DNA from: an uncultured Pseudobdellovibrionaceae bacterium
GTDB taxonomy: Bacteria; Bdellovibrionota; Bdellovibrionia; Bdellovibrionales; UBA1609
DNA length: 64,000 nt
Reading direction: 5' to 3'
Assembly (NCBI GenBank): GCA_963803705.1
Contig: CAWDNU010000001.1
Location: forward strand, 64,001-128,000
In this document: piece by piece, positions 21,380-30,724 of the stretch
How the letters are laid out: every line of letters starts with the position of its first letter
Position numbering within the stretch: the first letter of the stretch is position 1
Notes under the pieces: generated by a model
What the model saw: only the letters and a program-made list of their open reading frames with translations
Told to the model about the DNA's origin: nothing
Databases searched by the model: none
Made by a program: the position numbers and the translations under genes

Positions 21380-21407
21380 AATATGATATCATTTTTGATA
21401 TCATATT
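21380..21407. promoter_or_regulatory. hicAB operator palindrome overlapping a sigma70-like promoter
   Basis: AATATGATATCA-TTTT-TGATATCATATT is a perfect 12-bp inverted repeat. TTAACA (21375)-N18-TATCAT (21399). Confidence 0.75.
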
Positions 21408-21410
21408 TAT

Positions 21411-21629
21411 ATTAGCAAGACCGATAAGCTACTAGCAAAACTTGAAAATGGAACTATCTCTGCTCAAGAACTTAGGACACTTTTACAAAAACTAGGATGG
21501 GAATTGGCTCGGCAAAAAGGATCTCATGAACAGTGGTTAAAAAATAGAAAAGTGATGACACTTGCTACTCATTCTAAGGATTTAAAAAAGTATCAAATTA
21601 AAATGGTTTTAAAGGAATTGGAGGAATAG
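21411..21629 (+). CDS. hicA: HicA-family toxin (72 aa, apparent ATT start; not in the ORF track)
   Basis: (I)SKTDKLLAKL...ELRTLLQKLGWELARQKGSHEQW...H...KKYQIK. Its TAG overlaps the hicB GTG. Confidence 0.85.
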   Translation: MSKTDKLLAKLENGTISAQELRTLLQKLGWELARQKGSHEQWLKNRKVMTLATHSKDLKKYQIKMVLKELEE

Positions 21630-21991
21630 TGAAATTACCAAAAAAATTAAAAGATCAGATTCTGTATTATTCATACAATATTCATTTTTCCGACGAAGAC
21701 GAATGCTATATTGTATCAGTGTCAGAAATTAAAGGCTGTATGAGCCACGGTGAGACTCCAGCAGAAGCTATGGAAATGGCCCAGGAAGCAGTAGAGGGTC
21801 ATCTTGAGGTTTTACTTTCTCAAAAGAAAGAAATCCCAACTCCTATTTCAAGAATTAAAGCAAGTGGTGATTTTCTTGTTAGAAGTAATCCTAGGCTACA
21901 TCAGAAGTTGATTATAAAATCGGTAGAATCTGGTTATAAAAGTTTAAATAAATTTATTGTCGATCAACTTGAAGAAATTGCCGAAGGCTAG
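21629..21991 (+). CDS. hicB: HicB antitoxin with C-terminal RHH domain
   Basis: EIKGCMSHGETPAEA and the RHH segment SGDFLVRSNPRLHQKL...SLN. Confidence 0.92.
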   Translation: MKLPKKLKDQILYYSYNIHFSDEDECYIVSVSEIKGCMSHGETPAEAMEMAQEAVEGHLEVLLSQKKEIPTPISRIKASGDFLVRSNPRLHQKLIIKSVESGYKSLNKFIVDQLEEIAEG

Positions 21992-22354
21992 GTTCAATTG
22001 ATTTGAAATCATAAAGTTTAGACATCATAAATCGGCTCTGATTATCCGTGTTCGGGATTTCTGGTTATTACGTTTTAACTAAATCTCAATTCCCCTATTG
22101 GTAGAGCGTTTAGATTTCAACGAAATTGATTTTCTTGAAGCGAAGCCGAAATACTTGCGTGGTTTTTTCTTGCAAAAGTTCGGTTTTTAATGTGACCATT
22201 TGTGCACCACTTAGATAGTACGTGATTCCCTCTGTTTCAAAATCTGGGGTTAGGCACCATGTAGCCATTTTTGAGTCGGGATCCAATTATTGCTGAAATC
22301 GTTCGGGTTGAATCAAAATCAAGCATTTTAAGCAGCGATTATTATTTTACTAAA

Positions 22355-22429
22355 AAAATATGATTCTGACGCCGATAGGATGTCATAATCATTTGGGACT
22401 AATTAGGTCAATTTGCCCTGGGAAAGACA
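22355..22429 (+). mobile_element. Orphan second copy of the IS1202-family right end
   Basis: 66/75 identical to 16901-16975, same orientation, ending GGGAAAGACA. Confidence 0.85.
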
Positions 22430-22541
22430 TTCAAAATTTGGGATGAACAAATACATGTATCTCGTTCGGTAGAGAATTTTATCAGATATTTAAAGATTTT
22501 ATTTAAATTTCGACTCTGACTTTTGAAGTTAGACTTAAGCT

Positions 22542-23234
22542 TTACTGGCAGATCAATTTGATCAATCCATCACTGGAACCTCGTTCACTAGCTTGGAGTA
22601 TCTGTTTGATTTGGCCAAACTCAAATTCAATAGCATTGACCGGGTTGTTTTCGTCGATAAAACTTACTTTTTCCAACACCCAATCTGGTTCGGAAAGGCC
22701 AAAATCTATGTTAGTTAGCTTAACATTTGTTCCATTACTTAATTGATATTGATCTGCGACCTTTGTGTTTTGCTGACAATCTGAAATTAAGAACATGGGA
22801 AAAATTGTTTCAAGTTGTAGGGCCGTAGATCTAGAATTTGTAGTTCGGCGCGAGGGACAGTCACCTGTAAAAATAATTCTTGGTGCCTCACCACTAACTG
22901 CAATACTGTCTCCGAATAAAATAACTTCCACTTTGCTAAATGCCGAGCATAGACTTTGCCCATATTCGGTGATGAAGTTGCCAAACTTTAAACCAATGAT
23001 GCCAAGGTTTTCGTCTCTGGTGACTGTCGTCGAAAGGATTATGTTTTCTTCTTGAACAATATTTTCGTTTAACAGTAAAGTTTTTTTTACGGGCTGTCTG
23101 GTACCAGCGACTACCCGGCCCTGCTCGTAAAGCCTTGCGGTAGTCTTACCGTCAAAGGATTTGAGACTCATTTTTAAGCCAGCTGAAAAACCTAAAAAAG
23201 CCACTAGTATGGAAAGTCCTTGTACCCATTTCAC
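22542..23234 (-). CDS. Exported or membrane-anchored hypothetical protein
   Basis: 230-aa ORF with an N-terminal hydrophobic segment. Confidence 0.65.
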   Translation of the reverse strand: MKWVQGLSILVAFLGFSAGLKMSLKSFDGKTTARLYEQGRVVAGTRQPVKKTLLLNENIVQEENIILSTTVTRDENLGIIGLKFGNFITEYGQSLCSAFSKVEVILFGDSIAVSGEAPRIIFTGDCPSRRTTNSRSTALQLETIFPMFLISDCQQNTKVADQYQLSNGTNVKLTNIDFGLSEPDWVLEKVSFIDENNPVNAIEFEFGQIKQILQASERGSSDGLIKLICQ

Positions 23235-23281
23235 CTGTCCATATTAACTTAGAAACAAGCTTCACATCAAATTTTTATAGA

Positions 23282-24514
23282 CTATCTGGAAAGTTCTATA
23301 CCTTTCGACTTAAACTCTCGACTTATGGCAAGTAGACCCAATTTTGCAACCCATCCGTAAACGTTTTCCATAAGTTTACCTTCATGGTCAAATTCCAAGT
23401 CGGACACACACAGCCTTGAAAACACAGCGCCCGGGGCATTCAAGTTATCTTCAGGACCTTTGCGCTCGTTCACACGCAAAAAGCCTCCGGCCAATCGGCT
23501 ACCTATCATATATATCGCTGGCTCTGCTACGTGATTAGCTTGGTCTTTAACAATTGTGGGAATACCTTCTTGCAAGATAACGCTGTGAATATCACGGCCG
23601 CCCTTGGCTGCTTTCATTTTTTTTCTAGATTTATAGTTCCATGATTTTACATCGGTTGGATTTTTAACTTCAATGATTCCAAGTCCATAAGTTCCAGCAT
23701 TGTTTTTTATAAATAAATAAGGGTTATGTGGAATTTCATTTTCGGAATATATGACTTTAAGCTCATTGAAAAATTCTTCACAAGCCGCAGTAAGCTTATC
23801 CATACTTTGCTCGTCTTTTAAATTAAAGCCATCGAAGGTTTGAGTTTTTATTTTCAACATTGAACAGTTCAAATTTACTATGTCGCAAAATTCTTCGACC
23901 AACTCATTATATGCTGAAAAAAAACTATCTTTGGTTCGTTCGTGCCAGCCCATTACAATAGGTGGATTGATTGAGGTCGACGTCTCTTTGGCCCAACTAT
24001 CAAAAGCTGTTGAAAAGTCGTTATTACTGACAATTAGGTCAAGCTTGTGACCTGAACTTACCTGACCAGATTTATCAATTTTAACAGGATAGGATTCAAC
24101 TATAAAACCAGAAGCCGACTTAAAAGTTTTCTTGTCTACATTTACTGAAGGCAGAAGTACCTGAACAGAAAAACCGGCTTCTGTTAACAAGGTCTTTATC
24201 CAGTATACATTATCCCAATAAAAGGGATTTGATGTATGTTCTTCAACTAACAAACCAATATTTTCTACCCCAGCCCCATACTGAGAAATAATATACTCTT
24301 GGGCCAAACTAAAAGAACTTTCCTTATCTGCTTGGCAAATATTATTGAAGCCCGCTGGAAATAAATTTGCGTCCACCGGGGCAATTTTATAGCCAGAATC
24401 TCTAATATCAAAACTGCAATAAAATGGTACGTGCTTTAGTTCAACCCGGTCTTTGTACCATCTTTCTAACTCTTTATGTTTAGCTATTACTTTATCATGC
24501 AATAAGTTTTTCAT
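23282..24514 (-). CDS. gshA: Glutamate-cysteine ligase (Acidithiobacillus/Neisseria-type)
   Basis: PFYCSFDIRDSGYKIAPVDANLFPAGFNN, KNNAGTYGLGI, QEG and NLNAPG. Confidence 0.9.
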   Translation of the reverse strand: MKNLLHDKVIAKHKELERWYKDRVELKHVPFYCSFDIRDSGYKIAPVDANLFPAGFNNICQADKESSFSLAQEYIISQYGAGVENIGLLVEEHTSNPFYWDNVYWIKTLLTEAGFSVQVLLPSVNVDKKTFKSASGFIVESYPVKIDKSGQVSSGHKLDLIVSNNDFSTAFDSWAKETSTSINPPIVMGWHERTKDSFFSAYNELVEEFCDIVNLNCSMLKIKTQTFDGFNLKDEQSMDKLTAACEEFFNELKVIYSENEIPHNPYLFIKNNAGTYGLGIIEVKNPTDVKSWNYKSRKKMKAAKGGRDIHSVILQEGIPTIVKDQANHVAEPAIYMIGSRLAGGFLRVNERKGPEDNLNAPGAVFSRLCVSDLEFDHEGKLMENVYGWVAKLGLLAISREFKSKGIELSR

Positions 24515-25274
24515 ATTCTTCTTTCCCAATAGAATCAGCTAAACACACTGCAGTTCCTACCACAGTTACAGGCAACAATACTAACGTTAAACCCGGTAAA
24601 AATAAAGTCGGCAAAAGAACAACCGTAACCCCCATAAAAAAACTTAAATTCCTGACGTAAATGCTCATTCTCCGAAAAAGACTAACATCGTAGATTTCGA
24701 GCGTGTAGTCAGCGCAGTCGACTGAAATGACGTAGCCAGAATACACTAGGGCCAGTAAATGCAGACCAGGTATAAACGATACGACAAACACAATTATGCC
24801 AAAAAATAAAAAGATGAGCATTCTAAACACCGAGACAGTAAACAATCTTAAATTTAAACGAAGCCAAACTCCCAAATTAAAAGTTCTTACAGGAAAAACT
24901 TTTCTTTTAGCCAAAACTCTTTCACAAGCCATAGAATAAAACGGAATTGAGATAAGCTGAATCAAAATGAAACCGACGTATATAGCTAAAACCGTAAATA
25001 AAATCTTTGTGATAAAGTTGAACACATAGAACAAGCCCCTAAAAATAAATCCTTTGTCCGAGATCCAGTCACTCAAATATGATGCCATTTGTTTCTTTAA
25101 GAATAAGGTGCTCCAGTCCCAACCGTAGTAAAAACTGCAATAGATCATAATCGAACCCAAAACCATTGGAATTAAAATAAAAAGAAATATTTTGAAATCT
25201 GACAAGATTTCTATGAAGCCCTTAGGTAAACACTTTAATCCTGAAAAAAAGTTTAATTTTTTAACTGAGCTCAA
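24495..25274 (-). CDS. CysZ/EI24-family membrane protein
   Basis: Multi-TM pattern, ISIPFYSMACERV and DYTL, typical of CysZ/EI24. Confidence 0.75.
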   Translation of the reverse strand: MSSVKKLNFFSGLKCLPKGFIEILSDFKIFLFILIPMVLGSIMIYCSFYYGWDWSTLFLKKQMASYLSDWISDKGFIFRGLFYVFNFITKILFTVLAIYVGFILIQLISIPFYSMACERVLAKRKVFPVRTFNLGVWLRLNLRLFTVSVFRMLIFLFFGIIVFVVSFIPGLHLLALVYSGYVISVDCADYTLEIYDVSLFRRMSIYVRNLSFFMGVTVVLLPTLFLPGLTLVLLPVTVVGTAVCLADSIGKEEYEKLIA

Positions 25275-26301
25275 GAAAATCCTTAGACTTTTTTATCAGC
25301 TCTGCCTCATTCATCCTGTTCAATTCAAATTTCGGTAAGGTAAAAATTTTTAATTTAGGTTTTGATTTCAATGTAGAAAGAATATTATATCGTTGGTTGA
25401 ACACATTTAATTTATAAGTCAAGTAAGCGCAAGCTTTCAGCTTTCCACTAGTTTTTGCCTCCTTAATAAGTGCTGATAGATCAGATTCAGAAAAAACTTC
25501 AAACTTGTTTATAAATAAAGTTCTGAATTCTAAGCCTTTGGCATTCAATAAGCCCATTTGATGTTCAGCATTTCTAAGACTTTGCTGTTCACATGTAGTT
25601 ACAAAAGCAAAACTGGTGTCTGAAGAGGCAAGTAGCTGTTGACTGCTCTCAAGAGTTTGAAGAATAGTTGGCTGTAACTTTTCTAAGGCCTTCATCAATG
25701 AAATAAGTTGTTCAAAAAAATCAATACCAGTTAATTTCTTTAGAGTTGCAAAAGCGATATCTCTCGTTTTTTTAAAAATGCGCTCAAACCAATTTTTATT
25801 AAAATCTCCGATAAAAAGTTTAACGATTGTGCTTTCAAATAAGTCTTTAAGTTTTTGAGGCGAAGAAAAAAAATCCAAAGAATTCTGTAGCGGAGGGGTG
25901 TCAATAATTATCAAATCGTACTCTGTGGTGCCTACGTGTTGGCTCAAAAAATACAACGAGCTAAATTCTTGCACTCCTTGAATACGCTCTATCAAATGCT
26001 TGAATAACTTGTTGCTTTTAATGCTTAGCGAAGTTTCTAAATCTACTTCTTCTAGTAAATCTTCAAAAATTTTTTTAGAGTTTAGAACTTCAACCTTCAG
26101 GTTCTCGTTTAACTTTTTGTTATCAAATTTACCTCGACTGATTAAAATATCCTTAAGCCTGGGGGACGGATCGAAAGTGGCAATTAATACTTTTTTACCT
26201 TTTACGGCTCTATCGATAGCCGATAGTGCTGACACAGTAGATTTTCCAACTCCACCTGAGCCTAAGAAAAAACAAACCGGCGTGTTTTGGGCTTTACTCA
26301 C
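25261..26301 (-). CDS. ArsA/Get3-family ATPase (GSGGVGKS variant)
   Basis: GSGGVGKST, TFDPSPRL and DLIIIDTPP. Confidence 0.85.
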   Translation of the reverse strand: MSKAQNTPVCFFLGSGGVGKSTVSALSAIDRAVKGKKVLIATFDPSPRLKDILISRGKFDNKKLNENLKVEVLNSKKIFEDLLEEVDLETSLSIKSNKLFKHLIERIQGVQEFSSLYFLSQHVGTTEYDLIIIDTPPLQNSLDFFSSPQKLKDLFESTIVKLFIGDFNKNWFERIFKKTRDIAFATLKKLTGIDFFEQLISLMKALEKLQPTILQTLESSQQLLASSDTSFAFVTTCEQQSLRNAEHQMGLLNAKGLEFRTLFINKFEVFSESDLSALIKEAKTSGKLKACAYLTYKLNVFNQRYNILSTLKSKPKLKIFTLPKFELNRMNEAELIKKSKDFLELS

Positions 26302-27169
26302 CTAAAACCTGCTTCAAAGTAGCTTTCATCTGCTCATCAACCAAGCTTGTGTCCCCATCAAAAGTCATTAGGCAATTTTCTAGTTTTAAATCTCTTAAAA
26401 TAGACTCTTGCTTTGTCTTCTGAAAAACTATACTGGCTTTAATGGAAGTGCCATCATTTTTGCCTTCAATAGGAGTGCTTAAAGCTTGTAGCTCGTTCAC
26501 CATCCGGGTCTCTAAAATTTGATTGACCCAAGGCGTGGAATTCAGACCAAGTTTTTGAAGCTCGCTCTGAAGGTATTCATTTTCTAATACAACTAAAGGT
26601 TCCGCTAGAAAAACTGAATAAATAGTTGTTTTTTTTGGATTTCTTAAAACCTCAAGAATTCCCTTACAGTGGAAACCCATGGGTCCAAAATCAGAAATAT
26701 CAAGAAGAGCTCCTGGCACTTTCAAACAAGATAAAAAATGCCCAGTCGAGGGAGCATCCACAACAACTTGGTCAAATTGTAAGCTAGGCTTTACTCCTCT
26801 TAGGTGACTTGTTAAATATCCTAGAAAAGCGATCTCCCGTAAGGCTGGCGCAGCTTTAATCAATGCTGATATTGCTTTTGAACGATAGAAGGTCTCATAG
26901 ATAAGCCTAAGTTTAACCGAGTGTTTAACAAATTCTTGAAGACAATCTTCGCCATTCCAAGACGCTGCATAATAATTATTGCCCACCTTTTTTGGTCTAT
27001 GTTCCAATATGAGTTGCGGGAAATGATTTGTGGTAGGACTTTGTGTAAATTCTAACCATAAAGTTTTAAAACCATTTTCTGCCAATTGCTTTGCAAAGGA
27101 TAGACTTAAAGTTGATTTTCCAACCCCGCCTTTTCCTGTAAAAAAGTGAATTTTTCTATTTTTTAACAC
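26294..27169 (-). CDS. ArsA/Get3-family ATPase (GKGGVGKS)
   Basis: FTGKGGVGKST and VVDAPSTGH. Confidence 0.85.
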   Translation of the reverse strand: MLKNRKIHFFTGKGGVGKSTLSLSFAKQLAENGFKTLWLEFTQSPTTNHFPQLILEHRPKKVGNNYYAASWNGEDCLQEFVKHSVKLRLIYETFYRSKAISALIKAAPALREIAFLGYLTSHLRGVKPSLQFDQVVVDAPSTGHFLSCLKVPGALLDISDFGPMGFHCKGILEVLRNPKKTTIYSVFLAEPLVVLENEYLQSELQKLGLNSTPWVNQILETRMVNELQALSTPIEGKNDGTSIKASIVFQKTKQESILRDLKLENCLMTFDGDTSLVDEQMKATLKQVLGE

Positions 27170-27337
27170 AAAAACTCAGAAGCTTTGTTGAAGGCTGCTC
27201 TATTCATAGTTATATAACATATCACTAATGTATAAAATATTAAGGACTTATTGTAGAATTTTTAGGGTTTATGGTCAGGATGGCTTCACCCACTCTAAAC
27301 CTATAATTTCTGCCTTAGATCACAAGGAGCCAAACGG

Positions 27338-28630
27338 ATGAAATCTAGCATAGAAACTAGCGACGGACTAAAAAGAACTTTAAAAATTGAAGTTGAACAG
27401 GAAATTGTTCAAGCTGCATTTGAAAAAGAGTTTCAAAAAATTCAAAAAAACTTAGTTCTACCTGGTTTTAGAAAGGGCAAAGCGCCAATGGATCAAGTTA
27501 GATCCATGTATCGTGGCAAGGTAGTGAATGAAGTTGTTGAGGGCTTAGTTAATCGAAATTATTTTGAGGCCTTAAAAGAGCATGATCTCCACCCAGTAAG
27601 TATGCCGCAAATTGATTTAGATGAGGTGACTGAAGACAAAGGTTTCTCATTTAAAGCCACGGTTGAAGTGAAACCCGAGATCGAATTAAAAAAATACAAA
27701 GAGTTTGAGCTAACTAAGGAAAAACCGATTGTTGATGAAGAAAAAGTTCAAACTGTCATTGATCAAATTCTGGACTCAAAAGCAGAAAAAATCCCAGTTT
27801 TCGAAGACAGGCCTGCGCAAGATAAGGATTTTGTGGACATTAACTTTGAAGGATTTTTAGCACCTGGAGAACCTTTACCCAATGGAGCTGCAAACAACTT
27901 TATTTTAGAACTTGGAAGCAACTCTTTTATTCCTGGGTTTGAAGAAAAATTAGTAGGTGCGGCTGTAGGAGTCGAACAGAACCTTAACTTATCTTTTCCC
28001 GAAGATTATCAAGCAACAGAAATTGCAGGTAAAGATGTCAGTTTTAAAGTGACAATTAACAAAATTCTTAGAAAAGAAAGGCCTGAGCTAGACGATAAGT
28101 TGGCAGAGTCTTTGGGTGACCCAAAAATTAAAACAGCTGATGATTTGAAAAAAGGAATTAAAGAGGATCTTTTAAAATCTGAAGAAGAACGCACACTTAA
28201 ATCCATGCAAGAAACAGTTTTGAAGTCATTGATCGATAGCAATCCAGTTGAACTACCAGATTCACTTGTTGATCAGCAAAAAGAAGGTTTGGTGCAAAAC
28301 TCCAAGCAGACGTTGCAGTCACAGGGTTTTAGTGAGTCTGAAATGGATGACTACTACAAAAAGTGGAACGATGACTTTACAAAAAATGCAAAAGATATAA
28401 TACACGTGTCACTGTTGATGGACGCAATAGCTGAGGCTGAAAAACTTAGACCCACAGAAAAAGATGTCGATAATAAAATAGCTGAAATGGTAGCTCAGTC
28501 GGGCCCTAACGCTGACAAAGTAAGAGAGTACTATTCGGACGTAAACAAGAAAGATTCTTTATTTTATAAACTTATGGAAGACCGAGTTATTACTTTTGTA
28601 ATCGACAATTCCAAAGTTAACGAAGCTTAA
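27338..28630 (+). CDS. tig: Trigger factor
   Basis: LPGFRKGKAP signature and FKBP domain (FIPGFEEKLVG, FPEDY). Confidence 0.96.
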   Translation: MKSSIETSDGLKRTLKIEVEQEIVQAAFEKEFQKIQKNLVLPGFRKGKAPMDQVRSMYRGKVVNEVVEGLVNRNYFEALKEHDLHPVSMPQIDLDEVTEDKGFSFKATVEVKPEIELKKYKEFELTKEKPIVDEEKVQTVIDQILDSKAEKIPVFEDRPAQDKDFVDINFEGFLAPGEPLPNGAANNFILELGSNSFIPGFEEKLVGAAVGVEQNLNLSFPEDYQATEIAGKDVSFKVTINKILRKERPELDDKLAESLGDPKIKTADDLKKGIKEDLLKSEEERTLKSMQETVLKSLIDSNPVELPDSLVDQQKEGLVQNSKQTLQSQGFSESEMDDYYKKWNDDFTKNAKDIIHVSLLMDAIAEAEKLRPTEKDVDNKIAEMVAQSGPNADKVREYYSDVNKKDSLFYKLMEDRVITFVIDNSKVNEA

Positions 28631-29775
28631 AGAACCATTTTTTTAGCCTCGACAACCCAAGGATCCTGCTCAATATTCTTTAGGTCGAATTCTTTTTTGC
28701 TAGACTTCAAGACTATTTCTGGTTTGATACCTTTTTTATCGATTATAGATCCCTTAGGGGAGTAGTATTTCGCTATGGTAAGTTTTACCCCATCCCCGTT
28801 TTCTAGCGGAATCACAGACTGAACAGAACCTTTACCGTAACTTTTTTGACCCATAATCTTAGCCCGATTATGGTCCTTTAAAGCTGCTGTCAAAATTTCG
28901 CTAGCACTAGCTGAACCTTCATCAATCAAAATTGAAAGTTTAATATCTTTGCTTAAGGTTCCTTTTTTCGAAGCATGCAAAACATTTTTTTGATCCTTAT
29001 TACGACCAATAGTCGAAACAATGTCGCCGGAATCTACGAACAAATCTGCCATTTCTACTGCCTGTTTTAATAGACCACCGGGATTTCCCCTTAGATCAAT
29101 TATCAATCCCTTTAATGGTAGTTTCTTTTTTTCCAACTTAGTTATGAACTTTTTAAAATCTTTGGTGGTTTTTTCTAAAAAACTGGTGATTCTAATATAG
29201 TGAATCCCATTTTCAGCGTCCAAAGTTTTTGTTTTCACTGACCGAATTGTGATTTTACCTCTTTTGATCGTAAAATTCAAAAGTTTGCCGACCCCATCTC
29301 TTTTGATTGTTAGCTTAATGCTTGTACCAATCTTGCCCCTTAGTCTTTTGCTAGACTCTACAATATCGAGACCGCGAACTATATCTCCATCTATAGAAAT
29401 AATTCTATCACCGGGTTTTATTCCTGCTTTCTCTGCAGGACTATCTTCTATAGGGCTGATGATCTGTAGTAGTCCGCTCTCCAAGATGACTTCTATTCCT
29501 AATCCTCCAAATCGACCAAGAGTCTCTGATTGAAAATCTTTAAAATCTTCCTTTTCAAGATAAGCTGAGTATGGATCCAAACCCCCTAATAAACCTCTGA
29601 TGCTATTGATCACCATCTTCTTTTCGTTTACATCTTCTACATAGGAGCCTTCTACTAAATTAAAAACTTTGGCGTATAGCCTCAAAAAGTCGTACCTCTG
29701 AGACGAGATCGAAAGCGCAGGGCTCATAACCAATCCAATAACAATTCCTACCACTAAAACACTTATTTTTTTCAT
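28627..29775 (-). CDS. ctpA: C-terminal processing peptidase S41 (PDZ)
   Basis: LDPYS, GGLGI, DLRGNPGG, SASASEI and GKGSVQ. Confidence 0.92.
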   Translation of the reverse strand: MKKISVLVVGIVIGLVMSPALSISSQRYDFLRLYAKVFNLVEGSYVEDVNEKKMVINSIRGLLGGLDPYSAYLEKEDFKDFQSETLGRFGGLGIEVILESGLLQIISPIEDSPAEKAGIKPGDRIISIDGDIVRGLDIVESSKRLRGKIGTSIKLTIKRDGVGKLLNFTIKRGKITIRSVKTKTLDAENGIHYIRITSFLEKTTKDFKKFITKLEKKKLPLKGLIIDLRGNPGGLLKQAVEMADLFVDSGDIVSTIGRNKDQKNVLHASKKGTLSKDIKLSILIDEGSASASEILTAALKDHNRAKIMGQKSYGKGSVQSVIPLENGDGVKLTIAKYYSPKGSIIDKKGIKPEIVLKSSKKEFDLKNIEQDPWVVEAKKMVL

Positions 29776-29779
29776 TTTG

Positions 29780-30724
29780 TTATCTCCGGAATTTAACCCA
29801 CTCTGAAGGGTCTAGGGATTCAGTATCGAATCTTAATTTTAATTCAACTACTGATGATTTGACGAGGCCAAATTGTTTATCAGGACTTAAGGGGTCATTA
29901 ATTAGAACACCTGGCACTGAAGCCACTCCAATATAGAAGCTTCTGACATTTTCTGTGTGTTTGACTATTAATATCTGACCTAAATTGGGAACGTAGATTT
30001 CTCCTTCCAAGATTCCATCCGAAATTGGATAGACTGCTTCACCTCTTTTGGCTGAAAATTTCAATCCCTCATTATAGTCATAAACTCTCTCGCCAGGAAT
30101 TTTGTAAAAGCCTTTCGAGGCTATAATTTTGGAATTTTTGATGGGTCGACGAAGCTTCCCAATCTTTTTGAAGAAATCACGGTCTGGACCACTACTTTCC
30201 AAATCTTGCCTGAGATAGCTTTGAAGTGCGTCAAGCTCTTCAATCTCGTTGTTAATTTTAATAACCAATCCACTGCCTGACAGAATTGATGCTCGTAATT
30301 TTTTTTTAGACTTTACTAACGATTCATTTGTTTTTATTAGATCAACTGATAACTCCTGAACTCTTGTAAATTCAAAATTCCAATTTTTAAAAGTTTGTAG
30401 CATCAAAAGATTTCGGTTGCTAGAGTCCTTAACTTTAAACTTAATGATCTCGACTGCGAATTTGGGAAAGTTATCTTTGATACTCTGTAAAATTCTTAAA
30501 TTTTCAGACCTTATACTTTCTATTCTTAATTTCATTTCTTTAATCTCTTCTTCTAGAAAAAGTATATTTTTTTGAGCTTCACTACTTTTCAAGATTAAAT
30601 TTTTAATTTTATTTTGAAGCTTGTACTTTTCAAGAGTCACTTCTCTGTAGATAGAATCCTCGGCAAAAAGTAAGATCGGCAGTATTAGAAAATAAGCCAA
30701 TACTTTAATTTTCAATGAAGTCAT
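29780..30724 (-). CDS. envC: EnvC-like murein hydrolase activator (coiled coil plus degenerate M23)
   Basis: Signal peptide, coiled coil and a LytM-like C-terminus ending LDPSEW. Lies between ftsX and ctpA. Confidence 0.65.
   Translation of the reverse strand: MTSLKIKVLAYFLILPILLFAEDSIYREVTLEKYKLQNKIKNLILKSSEAQKNILFLEEEIKEMKLRIESIRSENLRILQSIKDNFPKFAVEIIKFKVKDSSNRNLLMLQTFKNWNFEFTRVQELSVDLIKTNESLVKSKKKLRASILSGSGLVIKINNEIEELDALQSYLRQDLESSGPDRDFFKKIGKLRRPIKNSKIIASKGFYKIPGERVYDYNEGLKFSAKRGEAVYPISDGILEGEIYVPNLGQILIVKHTENVRSFYIGVASVPGVLINDPLSPDKQFGLVKSSVVELKLRFDTESLDPSEWVKFRR

Noticed and set aside
13124..22429. Integron cassette array (co-oriented ORFs plus a TA module)
   Set aside because: No integrase and no convincing attC sites. 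The genes have their own promoter-like motifs, and the repeats found are IS ends.
22236..22453. Target duplication around the second IS end (ttcaaaatctggggtta versus ttcaaaatttgggatga)
   Set aside because: The match is only 14/17 and is not followed by a recognisable left end. It could be chance in AT-rich DNA.
25261..27169. Arsenic-resistance operon
   Set aside because: No arsR, arsB, acr3, arsC or arsD is present, and the ATPases are single-domain Get3-like paralogues.
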